57,789 bases of DNA, filler included, from Squatina squatina (GCA_031763465.1; 3 parts of 3 records of this genome joined end to end with filler, not necessarily neighbours in it); one strand, 5' to 3'; numbered from the whole stretch's first letter, positions 1 to 11,597 are shown. A program made the numbers and translations. Notes: generated by a model not told the origin, from the sequence alone.

Positions 1-261
1 TTAGATTCTTGTGGGTGACATATATATTCCAGTTCCTAGTTACTGAATGAAGTATGCAAACCCATTATGTGAGCCCAGCATTGTTCAGGTTAACTTGGAA
101 CTACGTTGAATTATTGGCAATGATTTAGCTCTATGAAACTGATTTGATTGTAACATTGATGACACTAACGCATCAGTTGATATTTCTGAACAGCTGACAT
201 GGAATAATATTGGAATTTGCTAATGCAAGAATAGATTATAAATGGATGGGACTATACTTAC

Positions 262-461
262 ATTTTCCTGTAAGGAAGACACTGGACTCTAAGGGTGTTG
301 TTGGAAGCCAGGAGGTCAGTGGTGATAAAAGCCAGATAGGGACTTAGTCTGGCATTGAGCCATTCATCCTGCTCTATGTCACTGAGCCCAGGCAAGCTGT
401 TGACAAACTGAGGCCACAGACCCTCTATGATGGCAGCTCGGTTAGCATCTGTCAGATTANN
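262..461 (-). CDS. Mesothelin-like exon, about 200 nt, paralogous to 22535-22734; acceptor lies in a 10-N gap
   Basis: NLTDANRAAIIEGLWPQFVNSLPGLSDIEQDEWLNARLSPYLAFITTDLLASNNTLRVQCLPYRK, open frame, donor GTAAGT. Confidence 0.85.
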
Positions 462-1204
462 NNNNNNNNGAAAAGTGAAATGGGTTTGTTATTGTTTTAG
501 ATATATAAAATTATAAATGAGATGGCTGAGTTTACCATGTTTGGTGTTTGTTCCAAGCAGATGTTGAACTTTTATCTACTCAATTTTCTTTAGCAACCAC
601 CTAAGAGGAGGCTGACTCTCACAAAATACATTTATACAAATGCCTTAAGATCTCATTAGGTGGCTTGGTGTCAAATTTTGTTTTGATAATGCTCCTGTGA
701 ATCGCCTTGGGATGTTTTACTACGTTAAAGGTGCTATATAAATGCAAATTGCTGTTGTGCTGTAATCTTTGGGTAAGGCACGTTTAGCACAGTTTCAGAG
801 AGGATACTGTTTGTGTTACAGCTCAGTCCGATTCCTGTACTTATGCCTCCATAGAGCTTGGCGACAGCCAAGAAGGTAAACGGCTACAAACCGATGCTCA
901 AGGTATTTAATATATTTTTACATTTAGTCATAATTCTCAAAATGTTTAATATTCAGCCTCCTGACTAACAGAGCATTCTCCTTTGGTTTAAGGTGGGAAG
1001 CAGCACACAGTCGCTGATTCAGAAGAGGGTGAGTCAATTATTTCTTTCAAGATGCTATTCCTAATGATCTCCCCGCCTCCTCTCCCTCCCTGTGGTACCT
1101 CAGCTGCCATGGCCATTCTACCATGGCCAAAAGCAGTTGTGGCCCGATGATTTATCTCCCTGTTGTTCGAGTTGCCAACTCTGGTTAGATGTATTCCTGG
1201 AGGT

Positions 1205-1496
1205 TAAGAGCATAAGAAATAGGAGCGGGAGTAGGCCATTTGGCTCCTCGAGCCTGTTTCGCCATTCAACTAGACCATGGCTGATCTTCTACCTTAACGC
1301 CATTTTCCTGCACTATCCCCATATCCCTTGATTCCCTTAATATCTAAAAAAAATCTAGTGATCTCTGTCTTGAATATACTCAATGACTTGAGTCTCCACA
1401 GCCCTCTGGGGTAGAGAATTCCAAAGATTCCCTACCCTCTGAGTGAAGAAATTTCTTCTCATCTCAGTCCTAAATGGCCGACCCCTTATTCTGAGA
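1205..1496 (-). mobile_element. CR1 LINE 3' end
   Basis: Tail CATAAGAAATAGGAGCGGGAGTAGGCCATT shared with copies at 26965, 44295, 52843 and 55446; a shorter copy lies at 2453-2580. Confidence 0.8.
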
Positions 1497-2713
1497 NNNN
1501 NNNNNNNNNNNNNNNNNNNNNNNNNNNNNNNNNNNNNNNNNNNNNNNNNNNNNNNNNNNNNNNNNNNNNNNNNNNNNNNNNNNNNNNNNNNNNNNNAAGA
1601 AGCGTGGACTCCATGGGTGACCTTGTAAACTCAGAAGGTGATCTGAAAATAGTTCTTAATCCTCTGTTAACAAGGTTATAATGGCCTGAATTGCCTCCCC
1701 CACCGCTCAACGCTGACAAACCCAACATTTGGGAAAGGTGCTTGGCACCACGTTGACAGTGGAGTCCTGACCCGCTGTCAAGGAAAAACATTTTCCCACC
1801 CGACCCACTACAGATCGCGCCAGATGACCTCCCATAAAATTCCTTCCTAACTCCTTTGCTCTAGCATGTGTTGCTTGAGTTTCTGAATTATAATTTATGA
1901 AAGCTTCTGAACCTTGGCTTGAAGCTAATCTCTATGGATATTAAATGCTTTTAGATCAAAGATATAAAAGTCAAGTCACTCTCAAACTCTAACTTTAATG
2001 TTTGTCATCAAGGACAGCTTTGAACAAACTTGTTAATCACTACAATTTTATTGAGTTTTAATATTTAGTAGATTACTAAAAAATAATCACTATGTACTGT
2101 GTGGACATATTTAATATGCTGTGTATATAAAATGAGTTCTGACCAGGACAACAGCATAGTTACTCATTTTGTATGCTAATTCTATAAAAGGGAGATTAAT
2201 GTTATTTTCTGGATGGTGCTACCTTTGACTCCTGGTGGATTTGGAAAATAGAAAAGACTTTTGATGGGTTGATTTGGTTATAGAATATTTAAATATTGCT
2301 GCATCAACCGTGATTTGATCAAATTCTGTGAAATATTTATTCTGTGGTTTTTTTGGGGGTTTAGTTTTGTATACAGTGGCAGAACCATTCACAGATGAAC
2401 TGGATTAGGAATTTAAAATCTAGTATTTGCATTTTCAGGAGGAAACTTAATTACATAAGAATTAGGAGCATACAGCCCCTCGATCCTGCTCCACCATTCA
2501 ATAAGATCATGGCTGGTCTTCGACCTCAACTCCACTTTCCTGCCCGATCCCCATATCCCTTGATTCTGCTTGAGTCCAAACTAAGAACCAAAGAATTACC
2601 ATCCATTCATATGCAGTCTTAGAATGGAGCAACTCTACAACTACTTTGTTTTCTCAGAGTGTAAACTGCCACAGACGTTATTGTGTGAAACTCTGGACTG
2701 CGATGTAGCTTAC

Positions 2714-2795
2714 CTTAGCACATGCGTAGTCTGTAATGTTGAAGTTGCACAGTTGGGTCATGTTAACTTCAGTCAGGAAACTATTCAAAGCTGAA
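2714..2795 (-). CDS. Exon, 82 nt, phase 2-0, starting a new Cys-containing module
   Basis: TCTCTCCCACAG|..|GTAAGC; SALNSFLTEVNMTQLCNFNITDYACAK. Confidence 0.85.
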
Positions 2796-3066
2796 CTGTG
2801 GGAGAGAAAAAATTTGATTCTTAGGAAAGATATTACACTGAGGAACAAACAACAGGACAATTTCCTTTGAATTCTCAACATGTCACATGATTTGAAACTA
2901 ATCAAACTTGTGGTTTATGTTTTATAACGGTTTTGAATTCATGGACATGAGATGCTTTGGGTATCTTCAGTGTCAGATGAAATCACGCACCAACAAGTTG
3001 ACAGGGTCACTAAAACAAGGCCTCATTTAAAGCAAGGTAGAAAAGGTATTCTCCTCAAATTCTTAC

Positions 3067-3094
3067 CTGTTCACAGCTGCACACAATGCTGTTT
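3067..3094 (-). CDS. Micro-exon, 28 nt, phase 1-2
   Basis: TTTTCAAACAG|AAACAGCATTGTGTGCAGCTGTGAACAG|GTAAGA; ETALCAAVN. Confidence 0.78.
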
Positions 3095-3186
3095 CTGTTT
3101 GAAAAGTAGAAAAAATATTAATATGTAGTAATTATCATACTGAAATTAACTGGTGAAATTATAACAAGTGTAGAAAAAGCACTCAC

Positions 3187-3208
3187 CATTAACTATGGTT
3201 TTACCAGG
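3187..3208 (-). CDS. Micro-exon, 22 nt, phase 0-1
   Basis: TTTTTCTTCCTTAG|CCTGGTAAAACCATAGTTAATG|GTGAGT; PGKTIVN. Confidence 0.78.
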
Positions 3209-3481
3209 CTAAGGAAGAAAAAGCACAGTAACAGATTTACTACGGAACCATCTTACGTTTATAATAAATGTAACATGATAAACTTTGCATGTATGTAAAT
3301 ATTATTGTAGGTTTTCATAAAATACTAAACCAATGGATTTTCCATCATCCACACATGTTTAAAAGCAACAAGTGTGCAAATTTACTGAAATTCAACCAAA
3401 ATTTTGGCTTTCAAAACACATGGGGCTAGAAATTGGATTGAAAACTGACACTTGAAAAAACAAGTGTCGACTCTGTCTTAC

Positions 3482-3501
3482 CGTATTTTCAGGTTGGGGT
3501 T
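3482..3501 (-). CDS. Micro-exon, 20 nt, phase 1-0
   Basis: TTTATTTTCAG|AACCCCAACCTGAAAATACG|GTAAGA; EPQPENT. Confidence 0.75.
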
Positions 3502-3971
3502 CTGAAAATAAAACAAAATAGTTAATGTTAAAAGGTAGTCCTGATAATGTGTTACTATTCTTAACCACACCACCCCATTATACTAAATTGCACTCATAGT
3601 TACTGATCTCAGAAGGAAGAGGAAATATTTCTGAAATGTCACATTCCCTTTGGCACGCTCACCCAATCCCATAATACAATGTGTCCACAGCTGATGTTTG
3701 ACACGTACGGTACATGTAAAATCGACGGACCTCACGGTAAATGTTAGCCCCTGAAAGCATCTGTCACTGCCTTGGCTGTGCTACCCCTATGGATTCCTGA
3801 CATAATATTATAATCAATGTGTGCAATTAGTAAAAAATAGCAATAAAACCAAAAGTGCAGAACTGTTATCACCGAGAAATTGTGTTGAAAGTGCCACGGA
3901 AGCTTTCATGTACACAACAAAAAACAACTGATATTTGAGCATGATACTTCCTGGTTTCAGCAAGGAATTAC

Positions 3972-4131
3972 CTGATGAATTATCTGGAATTCCTCCCGTC
4001 AACCCAAGTCTCCTCACTTCAGACTCAGTGTGCGAGGCCACCCAAACGAGCACTACAGTTTCATTCACTCCACGTTTAAGAGCTTGAAGGTGATATCCAA
4101 GCAAGTCGATCAGATTCTGGGAATTCAGTTT
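3972..4131 (-). CDS. Last mesothelin-domain exon, 160 nt, phase 0-1
   Basis: TTCCAG|..|GTAATT; KLNSQNLIDLLGYHLQALKRGVNETVVLVWVASHTESEVRRLGLTGGIPDNSS (cf. MSLN LGLQGGIP). Confidence 0.9.
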
Positions 4132-4940
4132 CTGGAACAGAAAAAACATTTGATGAATGAATACAACACGTTAGATTTCACACCTTATCAGAAACTTGCT
4201 CTTTATTAACTTGATAGCATGAAATCAAGGTGCAGGATGGGACTGGCAATGTTGGATTTGAACTAGTGATAAGTTGGTAGTATTTAGGATTCCTGACAAG
4301 AAGGTTCCTATATTACTGAGTACAAGGTACATATTTCACATTTCAAGTCTGTTTGAGTTATATTCTAACAATCAGTGATGATGGTCACCCCAGTAAGTGG
4401 TCCCCACTTCTTATGATCAGGAGTATGCCTGGTAGTGCCCAATGTATAATTACATAATTGCAGAACTTGAGGACGCAACAATAGCATCACCTTCAGTTGT
4501 CACCTAGATAGCGCATCCTTCACATGCGCCCTCATGTATGCTTGTCCCATCTTTCAATAGGAAAACTAAAAATCGCACAGCATTGCCATGCGTTAGCACT
4601 TCAGCCAGAAAACAAGTTACTTGACCTTTGTTCTCACAGTTTACAATATCATTTGAACCACATGCCCAGTGTCCACTGTATTCTTTTGCTAAGATGTCTA
4701 TTATTTAGAATTCTAAAGCATTTACTGTGGGTTTTGCAGCCTTTCCAATCATTATATTTTCAATCATATAACACCAGACACAAGTAGCTGGTGGTTAATT
4801 CTACAATGACATGCTATCAATCAACAGCGATGTTTCAGGGTCAGCATGTACAGTCGATGGGCTGAGAATGAGATGTGAGGTAAAGAAACTGGAATCACTG
4901 CCATACTAATGTAAGCAGACCATAATCATACTGTACATAC

Positions 4941-5035
4941 CTTCACTTCTTCAGGATCCAAACCCTTGAAGGTTGCAAAATCCATGTTAACTCTGCTATT
5001 TGCAAGATACTTCAGATCATCAGCTGGGGCACCAC
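4941..5035 (-). CDS. Mesothelin-domain exon, 95 nt, phase 1-0
   Basis: TCTCCAG|..|GTATGT; GGAPADDLKYLANSRVNMDFATFKGLDPEEVK (cf. MSLN GGAPTEDLK..MDLATF). Confidence 0.92.
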
Positions 5036-6006
5036 CTGGAGAAAACAGCAACATTTGTAACCTTCCCTCTCCGGTATAGCAAGTTATACACATTGGCGAT
5101 GAACTATGAGGGGAAAGCGAGTACGGAAATGTGTATTTGTGCCAGAGGGGAAGGCGGCCTAAAAAGCAAGGACGAAACCTTGGACGATTTCTTGGGATAC
5201 TGCCCCAGTGACCTCTTGAAAGAATTTTCAATGGGGAAGCAGCGGCTGGCCCTATCCATGTTCAAGTAGCAGTTTGGCAGAGTTCCTGAGCACTCCACTG
5301 ATCCTAAGCTTGGTGGGAGCATACTTGTGTTCCGTACTGGGCCATTGACATTGCAGAACTGAGATAATTGAAGCAAGACCGCATCTAGCTTCCCCATTGG
5401 AGTGGCAGAGAGCTGCTCGGATTTCCTGTCAACAATTGGGACAGGAACCTCAGTAGTCCCTTTATGGGCATGGGTAGCCTCACCCAAATATTGAAAGGAT
5501 TTGAGACTGAGTCCTGATCCAGCGCACTTCTCGTGGTGGACTGATGCTCCTGAAATTCCAGCTCCAGTGAAATCATTCGTCTGCCATTATTGTTTGTCCA
5601 ACAGCATTCATCATTATGTAATACAATGGAGTTTTAACTGGTTATTTCTGCTCATTTTGTCAAATTGTAACAAAGTTGGATCAGCAATAGATTAAAAATA
5701 TAATGAACTCATCAAAAATGAGCACACATGAAATGAACGGAGTTAGCTATTGCAGATGGTTAAACTGCAGCAATATTTCTGCATACACCTGAAGGTCCTT
5801 AAGCCTTGTCAATCTGAGCCTCTGAATTAGGTTAGGTAAGTGGAGTGTGCTTCTACAGTGACATCATGTGAATTCCAGATCAGACAGGCAGAGACTCTGC
5901 CTGTGGGCACCTCAGAAGCTTAGATTGAAGACTCAAATATGAAGATGGATTTTCCTTGTGAGTCAGACACCTGGCTGAGTGGGAAAAAAAGCCTAATTTT
6001 ACTCAC

Positions 6007-6140
6007 CAACATACACCTTTATCAGGTGAAAGTAGGGGATCGGGTTACTTTGCTGAGAGCTCAGTGTAGAGAGCGCCTGACGGTAAAGCAAGATTTTCTT
6101 CGATTGTGTGCACACAGAAAGATCCAGAGCTCCTGCATCC
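6007..6140 (-). CDS. Mesothelin-domain exon, 134 nt, phase 2-1
   Basis: CCCACAG|..|GTGAGT; DAGALDLSVCTQSKKILLYRQALSTLSSQQSNPIPYFHLIKVYV. Confidence 0.9.
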
Positions 6141-6581
6141 CTGTGGGAGAAAGGTTATAATGTTCATCTTGTTCAATTCGAACTTTTACTGACAATATCA
6201 ATTCGGTGACGCATGTCAGGAAGGGCATGTGAATTCACTGGGAGACTTTAGCAGAGGGAAGGATTGGCTCCTGCTGTGATGCTTTCCAAAGGCAAATATC
6301 CTGCTCACTTGCTATCTAGGCTCACACTCAAAGAATAGCTGTTTGAACTGGGTACAGACCCGTGACAAACGTAGGTCAGAAATGTTCAATGTTCAAAAAT
6401 CAGAAGTGGTTGAGCCAGTGAGAGCATTCCGTCAGCTGTGAAGTTGTTCCATAAGATGTCTCCTCATCACTGTTTGCTTCACAATTACACTGCACTAAGT
6501 CACTTGCTAGACTAACTATGGTTCTGATGGAGTCACATTTCACTCGTCAGGAAACTTGCAAAGAAAAGATGCGACACTTAC

Positions 6582-6709
6582 GTCAAGTTTGAAATTGTCA
6601 TCAGCTGATTTTCATCCAGAGTACACAAGTTGGCTCCACCAATAGCTTTCAATGAAACTGCGTTTAGAATACCACCTAACTGGAGGTATCTTGTAATGAG
6701 GAATTTAAC
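6582..6709 (-). CDS. Mesothelin-domain exon, 128 nt, phase 0-2
   Basis: TCTGCAG|..|GTAAGT; VKFLITRYLQLGGILNAVSLKAIGGANLCTLDENQLMTISNL. Confidence 0.9.
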
Positions 6710-7147
6710 CTGCAGAAAGGATTTTTAAAATTATTCATAACTCACTGTTACATAGAAGGATCTATGATTTAAGATGCTCCTTTATTTGATGCTCATTTTA
6801 CCCAAATTTACAACTACACAATATTTAAGTAACATTCCAATAATTGTACTACTCTCCTTCTGGGAAATATCTATCAATAAACCTTTTAATTGAACCCCAT
6901 ATATTATTTCTCTCAAATTTCCAATGTCCCATTGCCCATTTCCAGCCATTACACACGCTGCCCAGCTTCCTGCAGCTGTTTCAAAACAATGTTTGCTTAA
7001 CACTGACCCAAGAAGATCCCGGTTTCATGGAAAGACTGAAGGTCTGAAACATTTCAGAGAGCAAATTCCAGATTTCAATCATGGTCAAGTCACCCTATGT
7101 CTGCAGAGACCAATATTTTCACATTAATATTCTCTTAGTTTCAGTAC

Positions 7148-7294
7148 CGTTGTGTTTTCCAGCCGTTGCATCATTAATGCGGAAAGTGTCTCAACTTGAG
7201 TGATATTCCAATTGCTGACTTCTGTTGCATTGAACACTGTGGATATGTTGCCCAGCAGCTGAATCTGGTTTTCTGGTAGCCCATTGGGATACAT
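7148..7294 (-). CDS. Mesothelin-domain exon, 147 nt, phase 0-0
   Basis: AAACAG|..|GTACTG; MYPNGLPENQIQLLGNISTVFNATEVSNWNITQVETLSALMMQRLENTT (cf. MSLN YPQGYPES..WNVTSLETL). Confidence 0.92.
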
Positions 7295-7722
7295 CTGTTT
7301 CAAGAAACCCAAACAATAACATTCAGTTATTTTGTTGGCAGTATTCAAACTCAGCTTCAAATTCCATTTTGGATCTAGAATACTAAGCTACAGATTGATT
7401 TCAAGATTTGTTTGTTAAACCTTGAACTTACTAGCAGGAATCGTTACTTTAGAGTCGGGGCGGGTGCATGCGGGCCGCCGTCCTGAACTTTTCAACAACG
7501 CGTTCTGCAATGCGCCTTTAACTCAATTGTACCAATTGAAACAGTCGTGTGGGTTTCCAGGCCAATTAAATGCAGCAAGTCTGATGACGTCACCGGTGAC
7601 TCGCTTTCAGCTCAGCTATTTAAAGGAGCCTTGCATACATCCCAGTTGAAGGAGGTATACTTGTGCTTGGGAGAAGTGGCTATTGCTCTATATCGAAGAG
7701 ATTTGTGTGAGTGCAAGCAAAG

Positions 7723-9190
7723 ATGGAGTCACAGCGACAGAAGGGTATGCCCAGGTTCTCAGATGCCTCGCTGGAAGTCCTTGTCCAGGGAGTAAGAGCA
7801 CGCAGGCAGGACCTATTCCCTGGCTGCGGCAGGAAAAGAGCAGCCAGGAAAACCAAGAGGGCATAGCTAGAGACCGACCAAGAAGTGAGCAGTAGCAGTT
7901 TTATCAGCCACTCCTGGATTCAATGGCAGAAGAGATTTAATGATCTAATGAGGTCAAGAAAGATGAGTGCAATGCCACATTCAACCATATCCTGATATGC
8001 GTGTCACCCCAACCCTATCACTCTGCCTTCCCAAGCCTACTCCTGCATATCAATCCTCACACCAACCTACCTTGCAGGTGCACCCATCCTTCACTGTCTA
8101 TGCACCTACACATCTTCATCTGATTAATCACCACTGACACTCACCCTCATCCCAAAGCAATCCTACAAAGTAACACCAATCAATGGAGGCATTTTAGCAA
8201 TGTCACACTACTCCCTCTTAGTCACCCTCTACATCCCTTACACTCATTTCATCGCTCTCAAAGTTCTCTTCTTTCTCTCCTTGCACAGAGAGAGAGAGAG
8301 AGAGAGAGAGGGAGGACCGGAGGTGGCCCTCCAATATATACAAATTTGATGCCTGCAGAGGAGGAGGCCCCTGAAATAAGTGGAGTGACAGAGCTGCTGG
8401 CAGTGGGAGACGGAGAGAGGGGCACCGCCCGGTGACAGAATTAAATATTCCACATGGCATACAACAGTCACTCATGGTGATTAATGTTAGCAGCCAGTGA
8501 AATATCATCATGTGCATAATGGTAATGTTACACATTCTTATCAGAAGTGGTCTAATTCATCTCTCTGTCTCCCACAGGTCCTTCACAAGCTCCCCCCTCA
8601 CTGTCCAGCCGGAGGTGGAAGACGACGACTCGGAGGAAGCTCCATTCTCTGAGGATGGAGACTCATGTGTGCCTAGCACCAGTGCAGTTACGCGCATGTC
8701 AGGGGGTCCAGTGCGACATGTATTGCTTGCCGTGAACAACAGATTGCATAGTCTCATTGACTTCATCTCTAGGAGGGATACCAACATAGACTTGGGCCTT
8801 CATCGCCCCACTGATGTGCAGCAAGGTGCTGCCCACTTTGTGCGGGTGGTCCACGAGAGGGATGATGGTCAGAGGAGACATGGAAGTGGGGGCCATGCTC
8901 GAAGTGCTCCCACTTCTCCCTCGCTGTCTCCCCTTCAGGCAGAGCCCCACATGCTGCCTCAGATCCCGATGGTCAGTCTGCCCCTGCACAGTTGCAGGAG
9001 GAGAGGTCTTTGGCAGTGCCCTCACAGGCCCTAAAACCCAGAGGACGTCCGCCAAAAGTGTCAAAGCAGTCACAGCAGGGAAGTGAGCAGGCTGCCTCTA
9101 CCTCTGCTGAAGCCATAGAGGTTGCACCTCATAGAAGCACTCGAAAAAGGAAAAAGACACAATCGTAGATGCACACGGGTATGCACATGG
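7723..9190 (+). pseudogene. Harbinger Myb/SANT-like DNA-binding protein gene, about 3 exons, disrupted
   Basis: MESQRQKGMPRFSDASLEVLVQGVRARRQDLFP..TKRA*LE..SWIQWQKRFNDL (TAG replaces the usual Trp; donor reads ATGAGT); second exon RTGGGPP; third exon acidic and low complexity. Confidence 0.8.
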
Positions 9191-9497
9191 GCGTTTACCA
9201 AAATGTTAAGTTTCAGTTCTACTCATGACGCACGTAAATTTATTTCTTTGCACTACTTTTCAGTTTTGTCCATTTTTGCTTGCTACCTGGGAGTGAATGG
9301 TGAGACATTACTTAACCTTGAACAATGGGTGCTGGTTGACATGAAAGGTTTGGTCATTTTAGGACTACTTTGAGGTGCTGGTGAGGGGGCGGGGGGANNN
9401 NNNNNNNNNNNNNNNNNNNNNNNNNNNNNNNNNNNNNNNNNNNNNNNNNNNNNNNNNNNNNNNNNNNNNNNNNNNNNNNNNNNNNNNNNNNNNNNNN

Positions 9498-9790
9498 GCA
9501 TTAATTTCCTCTTTAACCAGCAACGCTACCCCACCTCCTTTTCCTTTTTGTCTGTCCTTCCTAAATATTGAATATCCCTGGATGTTCAGTTCCCATCCTT
9601 GGTCACCTTGCAGCCATGTCTCCGTAATCCCAATTATATCACACCCGTTTACATCTATTTGCGCGATTAATTCATTTATTGCAAATGCTCCACGCATTAA
9701 GATACAAAGCCTTAAGGGTTGTCTTTTTAACATTCTTAGTCATCCTAGATCCGAGCATTATTTTGCACTATGGCCCTGTTTGTTTCTCGC
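9498..9790 (-). mobile_element. CR1-type LINE ORF2 endonuclease fragment nested in the Harbinger element
   Basis: DIIGITETWLQGDQGWELNIQGYSIFRKDRQKGKGGGVALLVKE, APE endonuclease motifs; runs into a gap. Confidence 0.88.
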
Positions 9791-9794
9791 CCTT

Positions 9795-10526
9795 GATTGG
9801 AGGGAGGGAAGACTGGCGCAGGAGAAGAGTCATGACAGCTGCCAGGGAATCTGGCACACACATGCATGATGATCTTTTTATGCTTACAGATGAGCTGCAC
9901 GTTTAGGGAGAGGAGCCTTTCAAGTCTACGAACATACCTGGGTGATGTGGGGTTGCCCTGATGGACACATGGGTGCAGTCAATGGCACCCTGCACCTGTG
10001 GGAAGCCAGCCAGAGGCGCAAAGCCGAGCACCCGCTCAGTAACACTGGCCTTATCAGTAGCAACATTTACATAAGTGACTAACTTGTGAAGCATGGCATC
10101 GGTCACTTGGGTGATGCATTTGTGGGTGGATGACTGCGAGATCCTGCAAATGTCTGCTGCAGATCCTGGAAAGAGCCCGAAGCAAAGACGTTGAGGGCGG
10201 TGGTGAGTTTGACAACCACTTGTGAGGCATGTCCACCAGGTCCTCTGGGTAGCAGGTCTTCTTCCAAATGTCTGCGATGACCTGGCGTGATAGCCTGAGC
10301 CTCCTGAAGCACTGCCATTCAGTAATGTCCAGGAAGCTCATCCTCTGCCTTTGTACCCTGCGTTGGGGTATCGCCTCCAGCGCGGTGCACCCCTGGGCTG
10401 ATACCCGCTCTCCCGTGAGGAGAAAGTTGCTGGTGCTGTTGATGCTGCTTCTGGTGTTGTTGATCCTGGGGCTCATTTGGGTCCAAATCTGAGGTCCAAG
10501 GTGAGATTGCATAAGCGGCGCCCATG
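9795..10526 (-). pseudogene. Harbinger (HARBI1-type) DDE transposase, frameshifted and truncated
   Basis: Across frames: [66 protein letters not shown]. Confidence 0.88.
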
Positions 10527-11147
10527 CAGATCTGATAGATGCCAGGTAAAGTGGAGATCAGATCCTTCAATGTAGTGACAGTAACTTACAAAGTGCCTTC
10601 CGAGGTTGCAAACTCCTGAAAGCAAAATCGCTGCACAAAATGGTGTCAGCAATTGGGTGTAAGCCAATGATTGGTCCAGTGAGGTTCCTTAGGCTTTGAT
10701 TGATGGTAAGGGTACAAGGAGGGGTCCTGACAGCCATAAAAGGTAGAAGGTTTCAGGAAGAATCCAGGGGACACACAAGAGACAGAGAGAGCCAAGAGGC
10801 ACAGGATGCGGCCTACTCACAGTCATGTCTTCTCATCAGAGCATAACGGGGTGCTGTAAGTCTCAATTAGACTCTGTAAACTGCTGTTCTAATGCTATAT
10901 TGTATTGCTTGTGCTGAATAAAGTTAAATCACTTTCACGATATGGGTCAATTCAAAGCTTTTAGAACCAAGGTGCCTCTGGGATCCTTACACTGGTCACT
11001 TATCTCATAGCTATTTGTGACACCTTCTTTTGTGCAAAGTGGTGGTCACATTTCCCTACATTATAACACCACTGCAATGTAAAAGTACTTAACTTCCTGT
11101 GAAATGTGGGATGTCCTGAGGTAGTGAAAGGCACTATATAAATGCAA

Positions 11148-11372
11148 ATACAAAAGCAAAATACTGCAGATGCTGGAAATCTGAAATAAAAACATCCTGC
11201 AAATACTCAGCAGGTCAGACAGGGTCTGTGGAAATAGAAAAAAAAGTGTTAATGTTTCAGGTTGCTGATCATTCGATAAACCTGAGTCTGACGAAATGTC
11301 ATTGGCCTGAAACTTCTTTCTCCACAGTTGCTGCCTGATCTGCTGAGTATTTGCAGCACTTTCTGTTTTTAG
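11148..11372. mobile_element. Inverted-repeat (Penelope pLTR-like) element inserted in a SINE tail, with a 10-bp target-site duplication
   Basis: Arms GCAAATACTCAGCAGGTCAG..TGTGGA and TCCACA..CTGATCTGCTGAGTATTTGC; ATAAATGCAA at 11138-11147 and 11373-11382. Confidence 0.7.
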
Positions 11373-11418
11373 ATAAATGCAAGTTTCTTCTTTCTGTCTT
11401 TACATCAAGCTTACATAC

Positions 11419-11597
11419 CTGCATTAGTCTCTTTTTCAGAACTTTCAGTTGACTAGGATTAAAGGCAAGAGATCCCAGTTGGAGGACATTGTTTTTCAGC
11501 ACAGGTTTACTCAAACAGAGGTCTAACTGGTCAGCATCATAGATTGCAGGTGTCAGGTCATTAATGGTTTCTGCTGCTATCTGTCCCTCTGTACAGT
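11419..11597 (-). CDS. Mesothelin-domain exon, 179 nt, phase 1-0
   Basis: TTTCCAG|..|GTATGT; NCTEGQIAAETINDLTPAIYDADQLDLCLSKPVLKNNVLQLGSLAFNPSQLKVLKKRLMQ. Confidence 0.92.

Larger units (their letters stand above)
7420..10680. mobile_element. Decayed PIF/Harbinger DNA transposon with convergent Myb/SANT (+) and transposase (-) genes; boundaries approximate
   Basis: Both diagnostic Harbinger genes lie within one intron of the host gene, with stops and frameshifts. Confidence 0.85.

Noticed and set aside
2163-2182. Possible 18-nt micro-exon with a good acceptor on the minus strand
   Set aside because: In the required phase 0 it reads AAT TAG (stop), and the donor is weak
5040-5600. Cluster of overlapping short ORFs within an intron
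   Set aside because: No recognisable motif, and the flanking exons already join in frame
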